Shown one piece after another: positions 63,955-64,000 of a stretch of 64,000 nucleotides of DNA (positions are counted from its first letter, which is position 1; every line of letters begins with the position of its first letter). Below the pieces are notes generated by a model. That model made no database searches, was not told where the DNA came from, and saw nothing but the letters and a program-made list of their open reading frames with translations. This DNA is from Clostridia bacterium (GTDB lineage: Bacteria; Bacillota; Clostridia; Oscillospirales; QAKW01). A program made the translations under genes and the position numbers. Where the stretch lies: positions 8,718 to 72,717 of the forward strand of contig JAFZEA010000023.1 in assembly GCA_017560905.1 (NCBI GenBank). Direction: 5' to 3'.

Positions 63955-64000
63955 CACAATTACCACCTCCAACTATATTTTAGCATAAAGAAAAGGTAGA

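Noticed and set aside
1-64000. Search for CRISPR arrays, tRNA/rRNA genes, transposases, integrases, prophage or known defence-system genes
   Set aside because: None was recognised by eye. There are no regularly spaced direct repeats, no cloverleaf-like or rRNA-like sequence in the intergenic regions, and no recombinase, nuclease or ATPase motifs among the ORFs. A covariance-model or HMM scan would be needed to exclude small RNAs formally.

Overview
This 64-kb window reads as a core chromosomal segment of an endospore-forming Firmicute of class Clostridia. The assignment rests on gene content only: dpaAB and spoIIGA-sigE-sigG, SLH-type surface proteins, a split purH and a giant purL. No rRNA, tRNA, CRISPR array, transposase, integrase or phage gene was recognised. 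Coding density is high and most genes are housekeeping. Left to right the window holds: trxA and an Fe-S aldo/keto reductase; dipicolinate synthase dpaAB behind a sigma-K-type promoter; an Mrp/ApbC ATPase; a three-gene envelope operon of unknown function; degV; spoIIGA-sigE-sigG; rsmI and a tRNA methyltransferase; an SLH surface protein; dapF; gdhA; a UPF0371 gene; and metY-metA. Next come a pyrimidine operon (pyrC-carB-pyrK-pyrD-pyrF, a 314-bp spacer, then pyrE-pyrB) behind a PyrR-type attenuator, and an 11-gene purine/one-carbon operon (purE-C-F-M-N-purO-purH-purD-purL-fhs) behind a ZTP riboswitch. The right end holds a MurT/GatD-like pair, an APC permease, a zone of gene remnants, a Dlt-like ACP/MBOAT/DltD-like/adenylase cassette, and a LysR-controlled DctM-type permease. 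The observations I rate highest are listed here. (1) The MurT/GatD-like pair appears to have all three glutaminase triad residues substituted. (2) PurF begins MGGFFG, so it has no N-terminal nucleophile Cys, and carB has no adjacent carA. (3) PyrB carries a C-terminal PyrI-type zinc domain. (4) The Dlt-like cassette is reordered and AT-rich. (5) The unannotated envelope operon includes a protein with tandem PLAT-like domains. (6) A family of hairpin-rich intergenic repeats recurs, including an exact 40-bp palindrome present twice. (7) Several gene remnants (PHP, GH43, amidohydrolase, M20, ribokinase) indicate deletional decay. All calls come from reading the ORF translations and the sequence by eye. 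Family assignments are motif recognition from memory, not searches. Hairpin and promoter coordinates were counted by hand and may be off by 1-2 nt.
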